64,000 nt of DNA from an uncultured Methanoregulaceae archaeon (lineage in GTDB: Archaea; Halobacteriota; Methanomicrobia; Methanomicrobiales; Methanospirillaceae): the NCBI GenBank assembly GCA_963717525.1, contig OY970343.1, positions 1,504,001 to 1,568,000 on the forward strand, written 5' to 3'. Both the position numbers and the translations under genes were made by a program. Within the stretch, counting starts at the first letter, position 1, and each line of letters begins with the position of its first letter. The notes under the pieces were generated by a model. It was given only the letters and a program-made list of their open reading frames with translations. It had not been told where the DNA came from and searched no databases. This document shows, piece by piece, positions 20,312 through 29,778 of the stretch.

Positions 20312-21251
20312 ACAGCCCCGCCGCCTCGATTCCCCGGTCTGCCCACAGCACTGCACCGAGCGCTCCGATCCGCCCTTTCCTCCCATTATGGTCGAGATAC
20401 TCGATGCCGAGCCGCTCTGCCTCTTCCTGTGCATTTTCAACGGTAAGGATCTCCGTCTTGATGGCTTTCATGAACGGGGACTCCTGCCCGGTCCCGATAC
20501 CCCGCGAGAATGCGATGCCGGTATCCTTCGAGAAGGTATGATCTTCCACGAACGTGCAGACGAACTCACGAAGTGCACTGATGCTTTCTGGCCGGGCGGC
20601 AAAGGTGAGGGCGGAACCGACACAGTTTGTCGTTTTGCTGGGGACCGCCGGGTTGAGCTGGACAAGCCGCATGGTGAGGAACTCAACGCCTTCGATATGG
20701 CAGGCCTCCGCACATTTTAAGGCCATCACCCATGTGGCACCCTCCTGCCTTGTATCCGTATCATCGATCCCAAACGAGATCTTCTCGTACCTGGGGGATA
20801 CGATCCGGACGTGGTTGGTCCGTGCACCCCCTACCTTAAGGTCTTCTTCTGCCGGGTATTCCGCCCGGATAACCCCCGGCGCCTGAGGGAGGCATGCAGC
20901 AATACCAACACCAGCGCCAGCGATACCTGCCCATGTGGTGATCACCTCATCACCCTTCACTTCCACCGCTTCCAGTGCCTGGCCGCCGATAGTCCCCGCG
21001 GCTGCCCCGAAATTGACCGGGTGGTGGCCGAGGCGTGCCTGCATGGTCATCGAGATCCCTTCCACGGCACACGCTGCCACTGCACCACCGGCGCGGGACC
21101 GGTTCATGGCATCCCACTCAATCGTTCCCCGGGCGTGACACTGCTCAAGGATCTCGGCACGCCCTGCCCTCTCGTCAACCATCACCAGAAATTTCTTTGA
21201 GAAGAGCGGGCCGAACCGCTGCTTCACGCCATCGGGTGTAAGTATGATCAT
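20295..21251 (-). CDS. Methanogenesis marker protein 11-like (TiaS-type GxDDTD domain), paralogue A
   Basis: FGIDDTD..QEGATW, LVQLNPAVPSKTTNC, GRIGALGA; Gly-rich N-domain (GIAGAGVG.AAC). Confidence 0.8.
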   Translation of the reverse strand: MIILTPDGVKQRFGPLFSKKFLVMVDERAGRAEILEQCHARGTIEWDAMNRSRAGGAVAACAVEGISMTMQARLGHHPVNFGAAAGTIGGQALEAVEVKGDEVITTWAGIAGAGVGIAACLPQAPGVIRAEYPAEEDLKVGGARTNHVRIVSPRYEKISFGIDDTDTRQEGATWVMALKCAEACHIEGVEFLTMRLVQLNPAVPSKTTNCVGSALTFAARPESISALREFVCTFVEDHTFSKDTGIAFSRGIGTGQESPFMKAIKTEILTVENAQEEAERLGIEYLDHNGRKGRIGALGAVLWADRGIEAAGLYGEHL

Positions 21252-21294
21252 GTTATCGCCGAAATTTTCGTTAACAAAGTATTCGGCAATAACA
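21251..21294. promoter_or_regulatory. 44-bp imperfect palindrome between the TATA box and the first start codon of the marker-11/aks operon
   Basis: TGTTATCGCCGAA (21251-21263) and TTCGGCAATAACA (21282-21294) are complementary at 12 of 13 positions; (TA)n box at 21295-21303. Confidence 0.6.
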
Positions 21295-21341
21295 ATATAT
21301 ATAGAATTCCATGACTGAGAAAATTTTTGCAGAAAAAGAGA

Positions 21342-22226
21342 TTAAAGGACCTTTGCCAGTTCAATCTTGAACGGGCCAAGACTGCCGCCAAAATTACCTG
21401 CCGAGATAAACTTCACGCCCGGCACCTTGACAGCGGCCCTGATACCTGCCCCCATCGCAGCGGCAACGCTCTTCTCATCAACGCCATCGATAACGATCTC
21501 GTAGACTGCCTTGACGCCTGCCGGAACCTTGCTGTCGGGAACTTTTTCGCGGAGCGTGGGGCAGTACTTCTCGTTGGTGGAGGCGGTCATGAATTTGTAC
21601 TTCAGGCTGCCGACCTTGGAACCGCTTGCGACAATCCCGCCGGGGAAACTTGTGATAACTCCTTTCACATCGGCAATCGCGTCTGATGCTGCCTGGGCCG
21701 CCACGAGAGCTGCCATCTGGTTCTCGCCCATGATAAAGAAGTTGCCGCCGGCAACACCCTTCACGATGCCGAATTCCTCTTCCCCGACATACTCACCGTT
21801 CATGATCGGGATCGCCCAGCACTTCCTGCCGCCTACCTCTTTCTGGTACTCGTACCCGTCACCGAAGAAATGCAGTTTTACCGGGATCTTCTCCTCGGCA
21901 TCGGTGATGCCGTTGAAAACCGCTGTCGTAGGTGCCGTCAGCACGCACTCGGCGAGGCGTTCCACGACCTGCTCCTTGAGTTTCTTCTTGCTGGCGCAGA
22001 TGAGGATTGCAACGCCCGGCCTGCCGTCAGGTGTCTCGCTGCCGGGAAGAACACACTCGATGCCCGCTTCACAGGGGCAGCCGATCGCAGAGGTTGCAAA
22101 CCCGGTTGCCTCGGTTGCTGACTTGAGTGCCCAGTCTTTTGTCACTGCGGTGATGATCACCCGGCAGACCCAGGTTGGGAATGCCTCCGCATAGGTGTTG
22201 TCAATTGTTACGCCGTTGACTTCCAT
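21342..22226 (-). CDS. ftr: Formylmethanofuran:tetrahydromethanopterin formyltransferase
   Basis: [65 protein letters not shown]. Confidence 0.97.
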   Translation of the reverse strand: MEVNGVTIDNTYAEAFPTWVCRVIITAVTKDWALKSATEATGFATSAIGCPCEAGIECVLPGSETPDGRPGVAILICASKKKLKEQVVERLAECVLTAPTTAVFNGITDAEEKIPVKLHFFGDGYEYQKEVGGRKCWAIPIMNGEYVGEEEFGIVKGVAGGNFFIMGENQMAALVAAQAASDAIADVKGVITSFPGGIVASGSKVGSLKYKFMTASTNEKYCPTLREKVPDSKVPAGVKAVYEIVIDGVDEKSVAAAMGAGIRAAVKVPGVKFISAGNFGGSLGPFKIELAKVL

Positions 22227-22494
22227 ACTAACATAACCTCAGGTATACCAACAGTACCATTATTATTACTGAATAAATTTTCTCATTTGATCGCATATTC
22301 TGAGAGCGCACCAGAATATCGTCAAAAAGTATAACACATATGATTGACATGCCCCGGGAGCATATAAACAAAAATTAAAAAAAATTAATAAAATGGCCGG
22401 GTTACATCGATATATTTCAGAACATTTATCTACATACTTTTACCACTCTTTTGATAATCGATTCTGAAATCGATCATAGCTGGTGCGTGAACCC

Positions 22495-22761
22495 ATGGCA
22501 TTTGCAGTGCAGATCAATCCCGTCCATTGCACCGGCTGTAGCAATTGTGTTGTTGCATGTCTTGTGGACGCGCTGGAACTTCACACGGTAGTTCCGGAGT
22601 CAACCGAAAATATCTGCACAGCCCGGGATACTGAACCGAAGGTCACGGGCTTCAAAGATGAGCTCCCTGCCGGGGGCAGTGTATGCGTCCAGATGTGTCC
22701 GCATGATAGTATCAGGCTGACAGGGCCCTGGGAAACCAGAGCAGAGGCAAAGGTGCAATAG
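22495..22761 (+). CDS. fwdG: FwdG/FmdG-like ferredoxin with a degenerate second cluster motif
   Basis: CTGCSNCVVAC first motif; second reads PAGGSVCVQMCP; sits directly before fwdF. Confidence 0.75.
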   Translation: MAFAVQINPVHCTGCSNCVVACLVDALELHTVVPESTENICTARDTEPKVTGFKDELPAGGSVCVQMCPHDSIRLTGPWETRAEAKVQ

Positions 22762-22784
22762 AGGAACAGCGTGAGGGTTATTTC

Positions 22785-23957
22785 ATGGCATTATTTCCAA
22801 AGTTTTCCAAAAAGAGGGATGGTGTCAACGTTGTGATGGAGCAGCGCCTCCTTCAGAACGTGAACAACCTGATTCTGAATTCAGAGACCTGCACGGGATG
22901 CGGTATCTGTGTCGAGTCCTGTCCGGAGGATGCAATAGTCCTCGGACTTGTCGGTGCAGCCCGCCGCGGTGCCATCAACTACGCGACGCCTATCGATGTT
23001 GACGAGACCAAGTGCTCGTACTGCGGTGTCTGCGTGATCATGTGCCCGTTCAATGCATTGACTCTGAAAGTCGACAATCAGGAGCGGCTTCCCATTATTG
23101 AAAAAGAGGGATTCCCGCAGTATGACATGAAGGCAGAGATCAATGACGAAAAGTGCGTAAAGTGCACGATCTGCGAAGAGGTCTGCCCGCGTGACGCAAT
23201 CGACCGGAATGTCCCCGCATATGCAGGGACGTACAAGGGACCGGTTGCCGGGGCAAAGGATCGCCAGGCCGCGATCACGACAAAGACCACCTTCACCGTC
23301 GACAAGGAGAAATGCTCCCTGTGCGGCATCTGCGGTGCGCTCTGTCCTGCCATCAGGGTCAAGCACAAAGAATTTACTGCCGAAGCAGGGAAAGTTGAGG
23401 GTGATGTGATCTGGGACGAGACCAAGTGCGACGCCTGCAAGGTGTGCGTAGAAGCCTGCCCCGAGGAATGCATTACCATCGAACGCGAAGTCATATCCGA
23501 CAAGGTAGATGGCAAGGTCAGCATTGTCCAGGACAACTGCTGCACATGTACCTGGTGCTCGCGCAACTGCCCGACCGAGGCAATTACCGTTGAGAAGATC
23601 TTCGAAGGCGACATCGAATTCCACGCCGAAAAGTGTCCCGGCGGCTGTTCGACCTGCGCCGATATCTGCCCGGCAAATGCAATCTATCTTCCGAGCGAGA
23701 AGCCGGCAGCAGACATGAAAGGCGAGATCGAGCCCAGCATTGCCGTCAACAAGGACTACTGCATTCTCTGTGGTGCCTGCGTGAATGCCTGCCCCGGTGA
23801 AGATATCATCATCCTCCAGCGGACCGGCATCCGGATGAAAGGAACGGAGACGGACCTCTTCAAGAAGATCAAGGAGAAACTCTTTGCGAAGAGAACCTCG
23901 AAGGTGAAGGAAGGCATTGCCGGACAGGTCGGACTAAAAATGATGGAGAAGGCGTGA
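22785..23957 (+). CDS. fwdF: Formylmethanofuran dehydrogenase polyferredoxin subunit F
   Basis: Eight CxxCxxCxxxCP-type motifs; precedes hdrCBA. Confidence 0.9.
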   Translation: MALFPKFSKKRDGVNVVMEQRLLQNVNNLILNSETCTGCGICVESCPEDAIVLGLVGAARRGAINYATPIDVDETKCSYCGVCVIMCPFNALTLKVDNQERLPIIEKEGFPQYDMKAEINDEKCVKCTICEEVCPRDAIDRNVPAYAGTYKGPVAGAKDRQAAITTKTTFTVDKEKCSLCGICGALCPAIRVKHKEFTAEAGKVEGDVIWDETKCDACKVCVEACPEECITIEREVISDKVDGKVSIVQDNCCTCTWCSRNCPTEAITVEKIFEGDIEFHAEKCPGGCSTCADICPANAIYLPSEKPAADMKGEIEPSIAVNKDYCILCGACVNACPGEDIIILQRTGIRMKGTETDLFKKIKEKLFAKRTSKVKEGIAGQVGLKMMEKA

Positions 23958-23969
23958 GGGAGGACGAAC

Positions 23970-24551
23970 ATGGCAAGATCAAAAGGTTACCCGGAAGCGC
24001 TGGAGAAAAAACTCCACGATCAGCGGTTTTACCGTGAGGATTCTACACCCGACTTCACAAAAAAGGTCGAGGCATCTTCACGCACCATTGCCCACATGTG
24101 CTACCAGTGCGGTACCTGCACCGGATCGTGCCCGTCAGCACCCCGGAGCACCTACCGCATCCGCAAGTTCATGCGGAGAGCAGTCCTTGGGCTCGAGAAT
24201 GAGGCTCTCACCGATCCCGATCTCTGGCTCTGCACCACCTGTTACAGCTGCACCGACCGGTGCCCGCGTGACATCGCACCCACCGACGTTATTATGTCCA
24301 TGAGGAACATGGCATTCACCCGCGATATCATACCGGTGAACTTCCTCAAGACCGTGCAGGCGATCTACAGCTCCGGCCACGGTGTGCCCAATAACGATGT
24401 CAACCGTGCAGCCCGGGAGAGGCTCGGACTCACCCGCGACCCGCCGACCACCCACATGTATCCTGAATACATGCCGGCGATCAGGAAGATCATCGACCAC
24501 TACAACCTCAAGGCAAATGCCGACAGGATTGTCAAGGAACGGGAGGGATAA
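23970..24551 (+). CDS. hdrC: Heterodisulfide reductase subunit C
   Basis: CYQCGTCTGSCPS and LWLCTTCYSCTDRCPR. Confidence 0.96.
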   Translation: MARSKGYPEALEKKLHDQRFYREDSTPDFTKKVEASSRTIAHMCYQCGTCTGSCPSAPRSTYRIRKFMRRAVLGLENEALTDPDLWLCTTCYSCTDRCPRDIAPTDVIMSMRNMAFTRDIIPVNFLKTVQAIYSSGHGVPNNDVNRAARERLGLTRDPPTTHMYPEYMPAIRKIIDHYNLKANADRIVKEREG

Positions 24552-24557
24552 GGGAAC

Positions 24558-25481
24558 ATGTCAGAATCCAAAGCAAACCACACGTTCGCGTTATACCTTG
24601 GCTGCATTGCACCGAACCGGTACCCGGGCGTGGAATCTGCAACCATCAAGGGATGCAAGAAACTGGGCGTTGATCTTGTTCCCCTCAAGGGAGCAAGCTG
24701 CTGCCCGGCCCCCGGTGCATTCGGTTCCATCGACCTGAACGTCTTCTATGCAATGGCAGCACGCAACCTTGTGCTCGCCGAGCAGATGAAGACCGATATC
24801 GCCCTTGTCTGCAACGGCTGCTACAAGTCGATCTGGGAAGTCAACCACAAGCTCAAGCACAACCAGGATCTCCGCGATGGCGTCAACGAAGTACTCAAGG
24901 AAGTTGACATGGAGTTCAAGGGCACCATCAATGTCTATCACGTGGCGGAACTCCTCTATAATGAGAAATTCATAGGGGTCGATAAAGTCAAGGACTCCGT
25001 CGTCAACCCCCTGACCGGTGCACGCATTGCCGTCCACTACGGCTGCCACCTGACTAAGCCCCATAAGGACCGTGAGTTCGAAAAGGAGGTCATGTTAAAC
25101 ACCGAGCACCCGACCTGGATGGAAGAACTGGTCGCAGCCCTCGGTGCCACGCCGGTCGAGTACCGCAACAAGATGCAGTGCTGCGGTGCCGGCGGCGGTG
25201 TCCGCGGGTACGACATCGTCCACTCGCTGGATATAACGAACGAGAAGCTGATCAACCTCAAAGAGGAAAAGGTGGATGCGCTGACCGACATCTGCCCGTT
25301 CTGCCAGCTCCAGTTCGACCGCGGCCAGATCGAGATCAAGGAAAAGTTCGGTGTCGAGTACAACTTACCGGTGCTGCACTTTGCCGAGCTGCTCGGGCTG
25401 GCACAGGGAATGAGCCCGCAGGAACTCGGGCTTGACCTGCACGGGATCAGCTGCGAACCGTTCCTGCAGAAGGTGCTGTGA
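24558..25481 (+). CDS. hdrB: Heterodisulfide reductase subunit B
   Basis: Two CCG domains: LGC...SCCPAPG...CNGC and HYGCH...QCCGAGGG...CPFCQLQFD. Confidence 0.96.
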   Translation: MSESKANHTFALYLGCIAPNRYPGVESATIKGCKKLGVDLVPLKGASCCPAPGAFGSIDLNVFYAMAARNLVLAEQMKTDIALVCNGCYKSIWEVNHKLKHNQDLRDGVNEVLKEVDMEFKGTINVYHVAELLYNEKFIGVDKVKDSVVNPLTGARIAVHYGCHLTKPHKDREFEKEVMLNTEHPTWMEELVAALGATPVEYRNKMQCCGAGGGVRGYDIVHSLDITNEKLINLKEEKVDALTDICPFCQLQFDRGQIEIKEKFGVEYNLPVLHFAELLGLAQGMSPQELGLDLHGISCEPFLQKVL

Positions 25482-25491
25482 GGTGGGGAAG

Positions 25492-27642
25492 ATGGTTGAA
25501 AAGAAGAAAACAACTACCAAAAAGACCGAGACCAAGAAGCAGGACACAAAAAAGGAGGCTCCCGTGAAACAGGAAGTCAAAAAACAAGCTCCCGCACCGG
25601 CAGCAAAGGCAGTCGCAGCACCCGGCGCCACCACCAAGCAGGAAGCCCGGATCGGTGTCTTCATCTGCCATTGCGGTACCAACATCGCCGGTTCAATGAA
25701 TATCCCGGCCGTGCAGGAATATGCAAAAACCATCCCGAATGTGGCCTATGTTGACAACTACAAGTATATGTGCTCGATGCCCGGGCAGACGGTGATTAAC
25801 AAGGCAATCAAGGACAACAAGCTGACCGGTGTCGTTGTTGCCGCTTGTTCCCCGCGCCTCCACGAGCCGACATTCAGGACCGCCACCAAAGAGGGTGGCC
25901 TCAACCCGTTCCGGTTCGAGATGGCAAACATCCGTGAGCAGAACTCATGGGTGCATATGCATGACAATGCAGGGTCAACCGACAAAGCAAAGGACGCAAT
26001 CAGGATCGCCGTTGCAAAGGCGTCACTCCTCCAGGACCTCTTCCCGAAAACCGTGCCGGTCGAGAAGGCCGCGATGGTAGTCGGAGCCGGTGTTGCCGGC
26101 ATGCAGGCAGCCCTTGACCTTGCAGCATCAGGAATCAAGACCTATCTCATCGAATCAACGCCAAGTATCGGCGGCAGGATGTCCCAGCTCGACAAGACCT
26201 TCCCGACGCTTGACTGTTCCCAGTGTATCCTCACACCGAAGATGGTGGATGTAGGGCGGAGCAAGGATATCGAGCTCCTGACCTATTCCGAAGTCGATAA
26301 CGTGGAAGGCTATATCGGCAACTTCGATGTCACCATCCGCAAGAAAGCGCGTGGTGTCCTCACTCCCGCAGAAGCGGAAGCCCGTGGGATTGTCGGCGGC
26401 GGCTGTAACGGCTGCGGTGACTGCGAGACAATCTGCCCGGTCATCAAGCCCAATGTGTTCGAAGTCGGGATGAAGCCCCGGAAGGCTATTTATATCAACC
26501 ACCCGCAGGTTGTTCCCCTTATCTACACGATTGACTTTGATTCCTGTATCAAGTGTGGACTGTGCGTGACCGCATGTGGTCCCGAAAAGAAGGCAATCGA
26601 CCTCGAATCAAAGGACGAGTTCATGAAAGTCAAAGTCGGGACGGCAATCCTCGCCACCGGCTACGATATCTTCCCCATCGAGAAAAAAGAAGAATGGGGA
26701 TACAAGCGGTTCGAGAACGTTATCACCAGTCTCGAATTCGAGCGGCTCATCTGCGCATCCGGCCCGACCGGCGGTTACCCTGTCCGCCCGAGTGATGGTG
26801 AGAAACCAAAAAGAGTCGCATTCGTGCTCTGTGCCGGCTCTCGTGACAATACGGGTGTCGGCAAACCCTACTGTTCACGGTTCTGCTGCATGTATTCACT
26901 GAAACATGCCCACCAGCTTGTTGAAAAGATGCCCGGCTGCGTTCCCTATATCTTCTACATGGATATCCGGTCATTCGGCAAGGCGTACGAGGAGTTCTAC
27001 TACCGTATCCAGGATGAAGGCGCGAAGTTCATCCGCGGCCGGGTCGCAAACATCCTCGAGGACCCCAAGACCAAGAACCTCCATGTCTATGCCGACGACA
27101 CCCTGCTCGACCGCCCGGTCGATATGGAAGTCGATCTTGTCGTGCTCGCAGCAGCAATCCAGCCCGCGAGCGACACGGAAAGGACACGGAGACTTTTCGG
27201 TGTTTCCTGTACTGGCGACGGCTGGCTCCAGGAAGCCCACCCGAAACTGAACCCATGCGGAACCACCACGGCCGGTGTCTTCCTTGCCGGTGTCTGCCAG
27301 GGCCCGAAGGATATCCCGGACACGGTAGCATCTGCCGAAGGCGCAGCATCTGCGGCAAGCATCCCGATCCACAAGGGAGAAGTCGAACTCGAGCCGTACT
27401 TCGCTACCTGTATAGAAGAGAAATGTGCAGGCTGCGGCATGTGCGTGAACCTCTGCCCCTACAGTGCCCTTTCTCTCGTAGAGAAGGACGGACGACAGGT
27501 CATGCAGGTCACCGAGGCCAAATGTAAGGGCTGTGGTACCTGCGGCGGTTTCTGTCCCGGTGGCGCAATCTGGATGAACCACTTTGCAACCCCGCAGATC
27601 GTTGCCCAGATCGATGCGTTCCTGCTCGGGGGTGAGCAGTAA
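25492..27642 (+). CDS. hdrA: Heterodisulfide reductase subunit A with Lys-rich N-terminal extension
   Basis: IGVFICHCGTNIAG, ACSPRLHE.TF, NIREQ.SWVH, GAGVAG (FAD), KTFPTLDCSQC, CSRFCCMY, C-terminal ferredoxin domain. Confidence 0.97.
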   Translation: MVEKKKTTTKKTETKKQDTKKEAPVKQEVKKQAPAPAAKAVAAPGATTKQEARIGVFICHCGTNIAGSMNIPAVQEYAKTIPNVAYVDNYKYMCSMPGQTVINKAIKDNKLTGVVVAACSPRLHEPTFRTATKEGGLNPFRFEMANIREQNSWVHMHDNAGSTDKAKDAIRIAVAKASLLQDLFPKTVPVEKAAMVVGAGVAGMQAALDLAASGIKTYLIESTPSIGGRMSQLDKTFPTLDCSQCILTPKMVDVGRSKDIELLTYSEVDNVEGYIGNFDVTIRKKARGVLTPAEAEARGIVGGGCNGCGDCETICPVIKPNVFEVGMKPRKAIYINHPQVVPLIYTIDFDSCIKCGLCVTACGPEKKAIDLESKDEFMKVKVGTAILATGYDIFPIEKKEEWGYKRFENVITSLEFERLICASGPTGGYPVRPSDGEKPKRVAFVLCAGSRDNTGVGKPYCSRFCCMYSLKHAHQLVEKMPGCVPYIFYMDIRSFGKAYEEFYYRIQDEGAKFIRGRVANILEDPKTKNLHVYADDTLLDRPVDMEVDLVVLAAAIQPASDTERTRRLFGVSCTGDGWLQEAHPKLNPCGTTTAGVFLAGVCQGPKDIPDTVASAEGAASAASIPIHKGEVELEPYFATCIEEKCAGCGMCVNLCPYSALSLVEKDGRQVMQVTEAKCKGCGTCGGFCPGGAIWMNHFATPQIVAQIDAFLLGGEQ

Positions 27643-28062
27643 ATGTCTGACGAGTGGAAACCCAAGATCCTCGGCATGGTCTGCAACTGGTGTTCCTATG
27701 CAGGGGCCGACCTCGCCGGCGGCGGTCGTATCCAGTACCCCCCGGACATCAGGATTGTCCGTGTGATGTGCACCGGCCGTCTTGACTCCCTTTTCGTCCT
27801 CAAGGCGTTTGCCGATGGGGCGGATGGAGTCCTCATCTCCGGGTGTCACTTCGGGGACTGCCACTACCTTGAAGGTAACTACAAGGCAGCAAAGAGAATG
27901 TTCATGGTCAAGAGACTCATGAAGAGCATCGGCCTCGACGACCGGCGGTTCCGGATGACGTTTGTCTCTGCATCAGAAGGTGCAAAATGGGCAAAAGTCG
28001 TAACAAACGTCGTTGACACCGTAAAAGAACTCGGGCCGAGCCCGCTTACGGAAAACAAGTGA
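27643..28062 (+). CDS. mvhD: MvhD [2Fe-2S] subunit
   Basis: CNWCSYAGADLAG, RVMCTGR, GADGV..SGCHFGDCHY.EGN, SASEG. Confidence 0.96.
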   Translation: MSDEWKPKILGMVCNWCSYAGADLAGGGRIQYPPDIRIVRVMCTGRLDSLFVLKAFADGADGVLISGCHFGDCHYLEGNYKAAKRMFMVKRLMKSIGLDDRRFRMTFVSASEGAKWAKVVTNVVDTVKELGPSPLTENK

Positions 28063-28280
28063 CGAACGTTCAACAACCTTTGCAAAAACCCTGTCAAATA
28101 CCAATATTTTTTATAAGAAGCGCACCGGAAAACAGGTGCTTTTCTCATTTTTTGTAAGAAATGATGACACTATTTTAGAGAATCGTCACACTGCGTAAAA
28201 CAAAGAAAGGGCGAATATATGTAATATTTGAACATTCCTTCAATCTTCTGTAATATTTTTAAAGTTCTATAAAACAATCC

Positions 28281-28310
28281 TCCGAGATGAAATCGGAACG
28301 CTTATAAAGG
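28281..28310 (+). promoter_or_regulatory. Probable mcr promoter (BRE/TATA) with upstream TCCGA-N7-TCGGA inverted repeat
   Basis: TCCGAgatgaaaTCGGAacgCTTATAAA about 145 nt upstream of mcrB. Confidence 0.55.
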
Positions 28311-28367
28311 GAAATTGGGAATTATTCAATGTCCCAATCTAGGGGACGTGCAATAGCGACTTTCAAT

Positions 28368-28409
28368 CACTACCAGTGTTCTGTTATCCACCACCAGTGT
28401 TCAGTTACC
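28368..28409 (+). repeat. 21-bp tandem repeat in the mcrB leader
   Basis: CACTACCAGTGTTCTGTTATC / CACCACCAGTGTTCAGTTACC, 18 of 21 identical. Confidence 0.75.
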
Positions 28410-28448
28410 GTACCGCATAGCATAAAAATCAGATTTGGAGGAATTCAC

Positions 28449-29760
28449 ATGAAACAGAAAGACTCAATCGACCTCTACGACGATGAGGGTAAGCTCTTAA
28501 AGAGCAATGTCACCATTGACAGGATCAGCCCGCTGGTCAACAAGGGTGCACTCAATGTCATCGATCTGACCAAGAGGACAGTAGCAGTCAACCTCGCCGG
28601 TATCGAGGAAGCACTCAAGACCGGTAAGATGGGCGGCAAGTCCAACCAGATCCTCGGCCGCGGCATGAGCTGCAGCTGTGTCAAGGACTGCGACGCACTT
28701 TCAGCCAAGATCAAGGAAATGGTCCAGGTCACCGACGGTGACAACACCAAGATCACCAAGGTCGGCGGCGGAAAGATGATCCTCGTCGAGGTCCCGACTG
28801 CCCGTATGGATGCAGCAGCAACCTATGATGCAGCATCAACAGCGGTTGCAGCAGCCACAACCTACGCACTGGTTGACCAGTACAAGGTCAGCATGTTCGA
28901 CGGTTCCTACGTCAAGAGTGCAGTCTGGGGTACCTACCCGCAGACGATGAGCATGGATGGCGGCAACATCGTCACTATCATGTCCATCCCGCAGAACAAC
29001 GAAGGCCTCGGCTACGCACTCAGGAACATTCCCGCAAACCATGCAGCAATGATGACCCACCGGAATGCCATGCAGGGTGCAGCACTCTGTGCCACCTTTG
29101 AGCAGGCCGGCGAATTCGAGATGGGCGCAGCAATCGGCCCGTTCGAGCGCGCCCAGCTCCTGCTCTACGCATACCAGGGACTCAATGCAAACAACATTGT
29201 CTACGACCTCGTCAAGGCAAACGGCAAGTCCGGTACCATCGGGTCCTGTCGTGCAGAGCCTCGTAGAGCGTGCCATTGAGGACAAAGTCATCAAGGCAGG
29301 CAAGAAAGGCAAGAGCGGCTACATCTTCTACGACACCAAGGACCCGATGCTCTGGAATGCCTACGCATCCGCAGGCACCCTCGCGGCAACCATGGTCAAC
29401 TGTGGTGCAGGACGGTTCGCACAGGCAGTTTCCGCAACCCTGCTCTACTTCAACGATCTGCTCGAGCACGAGACCGGCCTCCCAGGCTCCGACTTCGGTC
29501 GCACGATGGGTGTTGCAGTCGGGTTCTCGTTCTTCAGCCACTCGATTTACGGTGGCGGCGGCCCCGGCGGATTCAACGGTAACCACGTCGTTACCCGGCA
29601 TGCAGCCGGTGTCGGTATGCCCTGTATCGTAGCAGCATGCTGCCTCGATGCAGGTACCCAGATGTTCGGCCCCGAACAGACCTCGAAGATCTACGAAGAC
29701 ACGTTCGGCCAGCTCGACGCATTCAAGAAGCCGATCCAGGCAGTTGCAAAGGGTATTTAA
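28449..29760 (+). CDS. mcrB: Methyl-coenzyme M reductase beta subunit; apparent +1 frameshift near 29245
   Basis: [42 protein letters not shown], then [39 protein letters not shown]. Confidence 0.97.
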
Positions 29761-29778
29761 ACCCCCTAAAGGATTCAA

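Noticed and set aside
7414..21251. Functional link between agmatine deiminase and the TiaS-like marker-11 proteins through agmatine
   Set aside because: They are 10 kb apart on opposite strands, and the marker-11 proteins lack the TiaS tRNA-binding domains.
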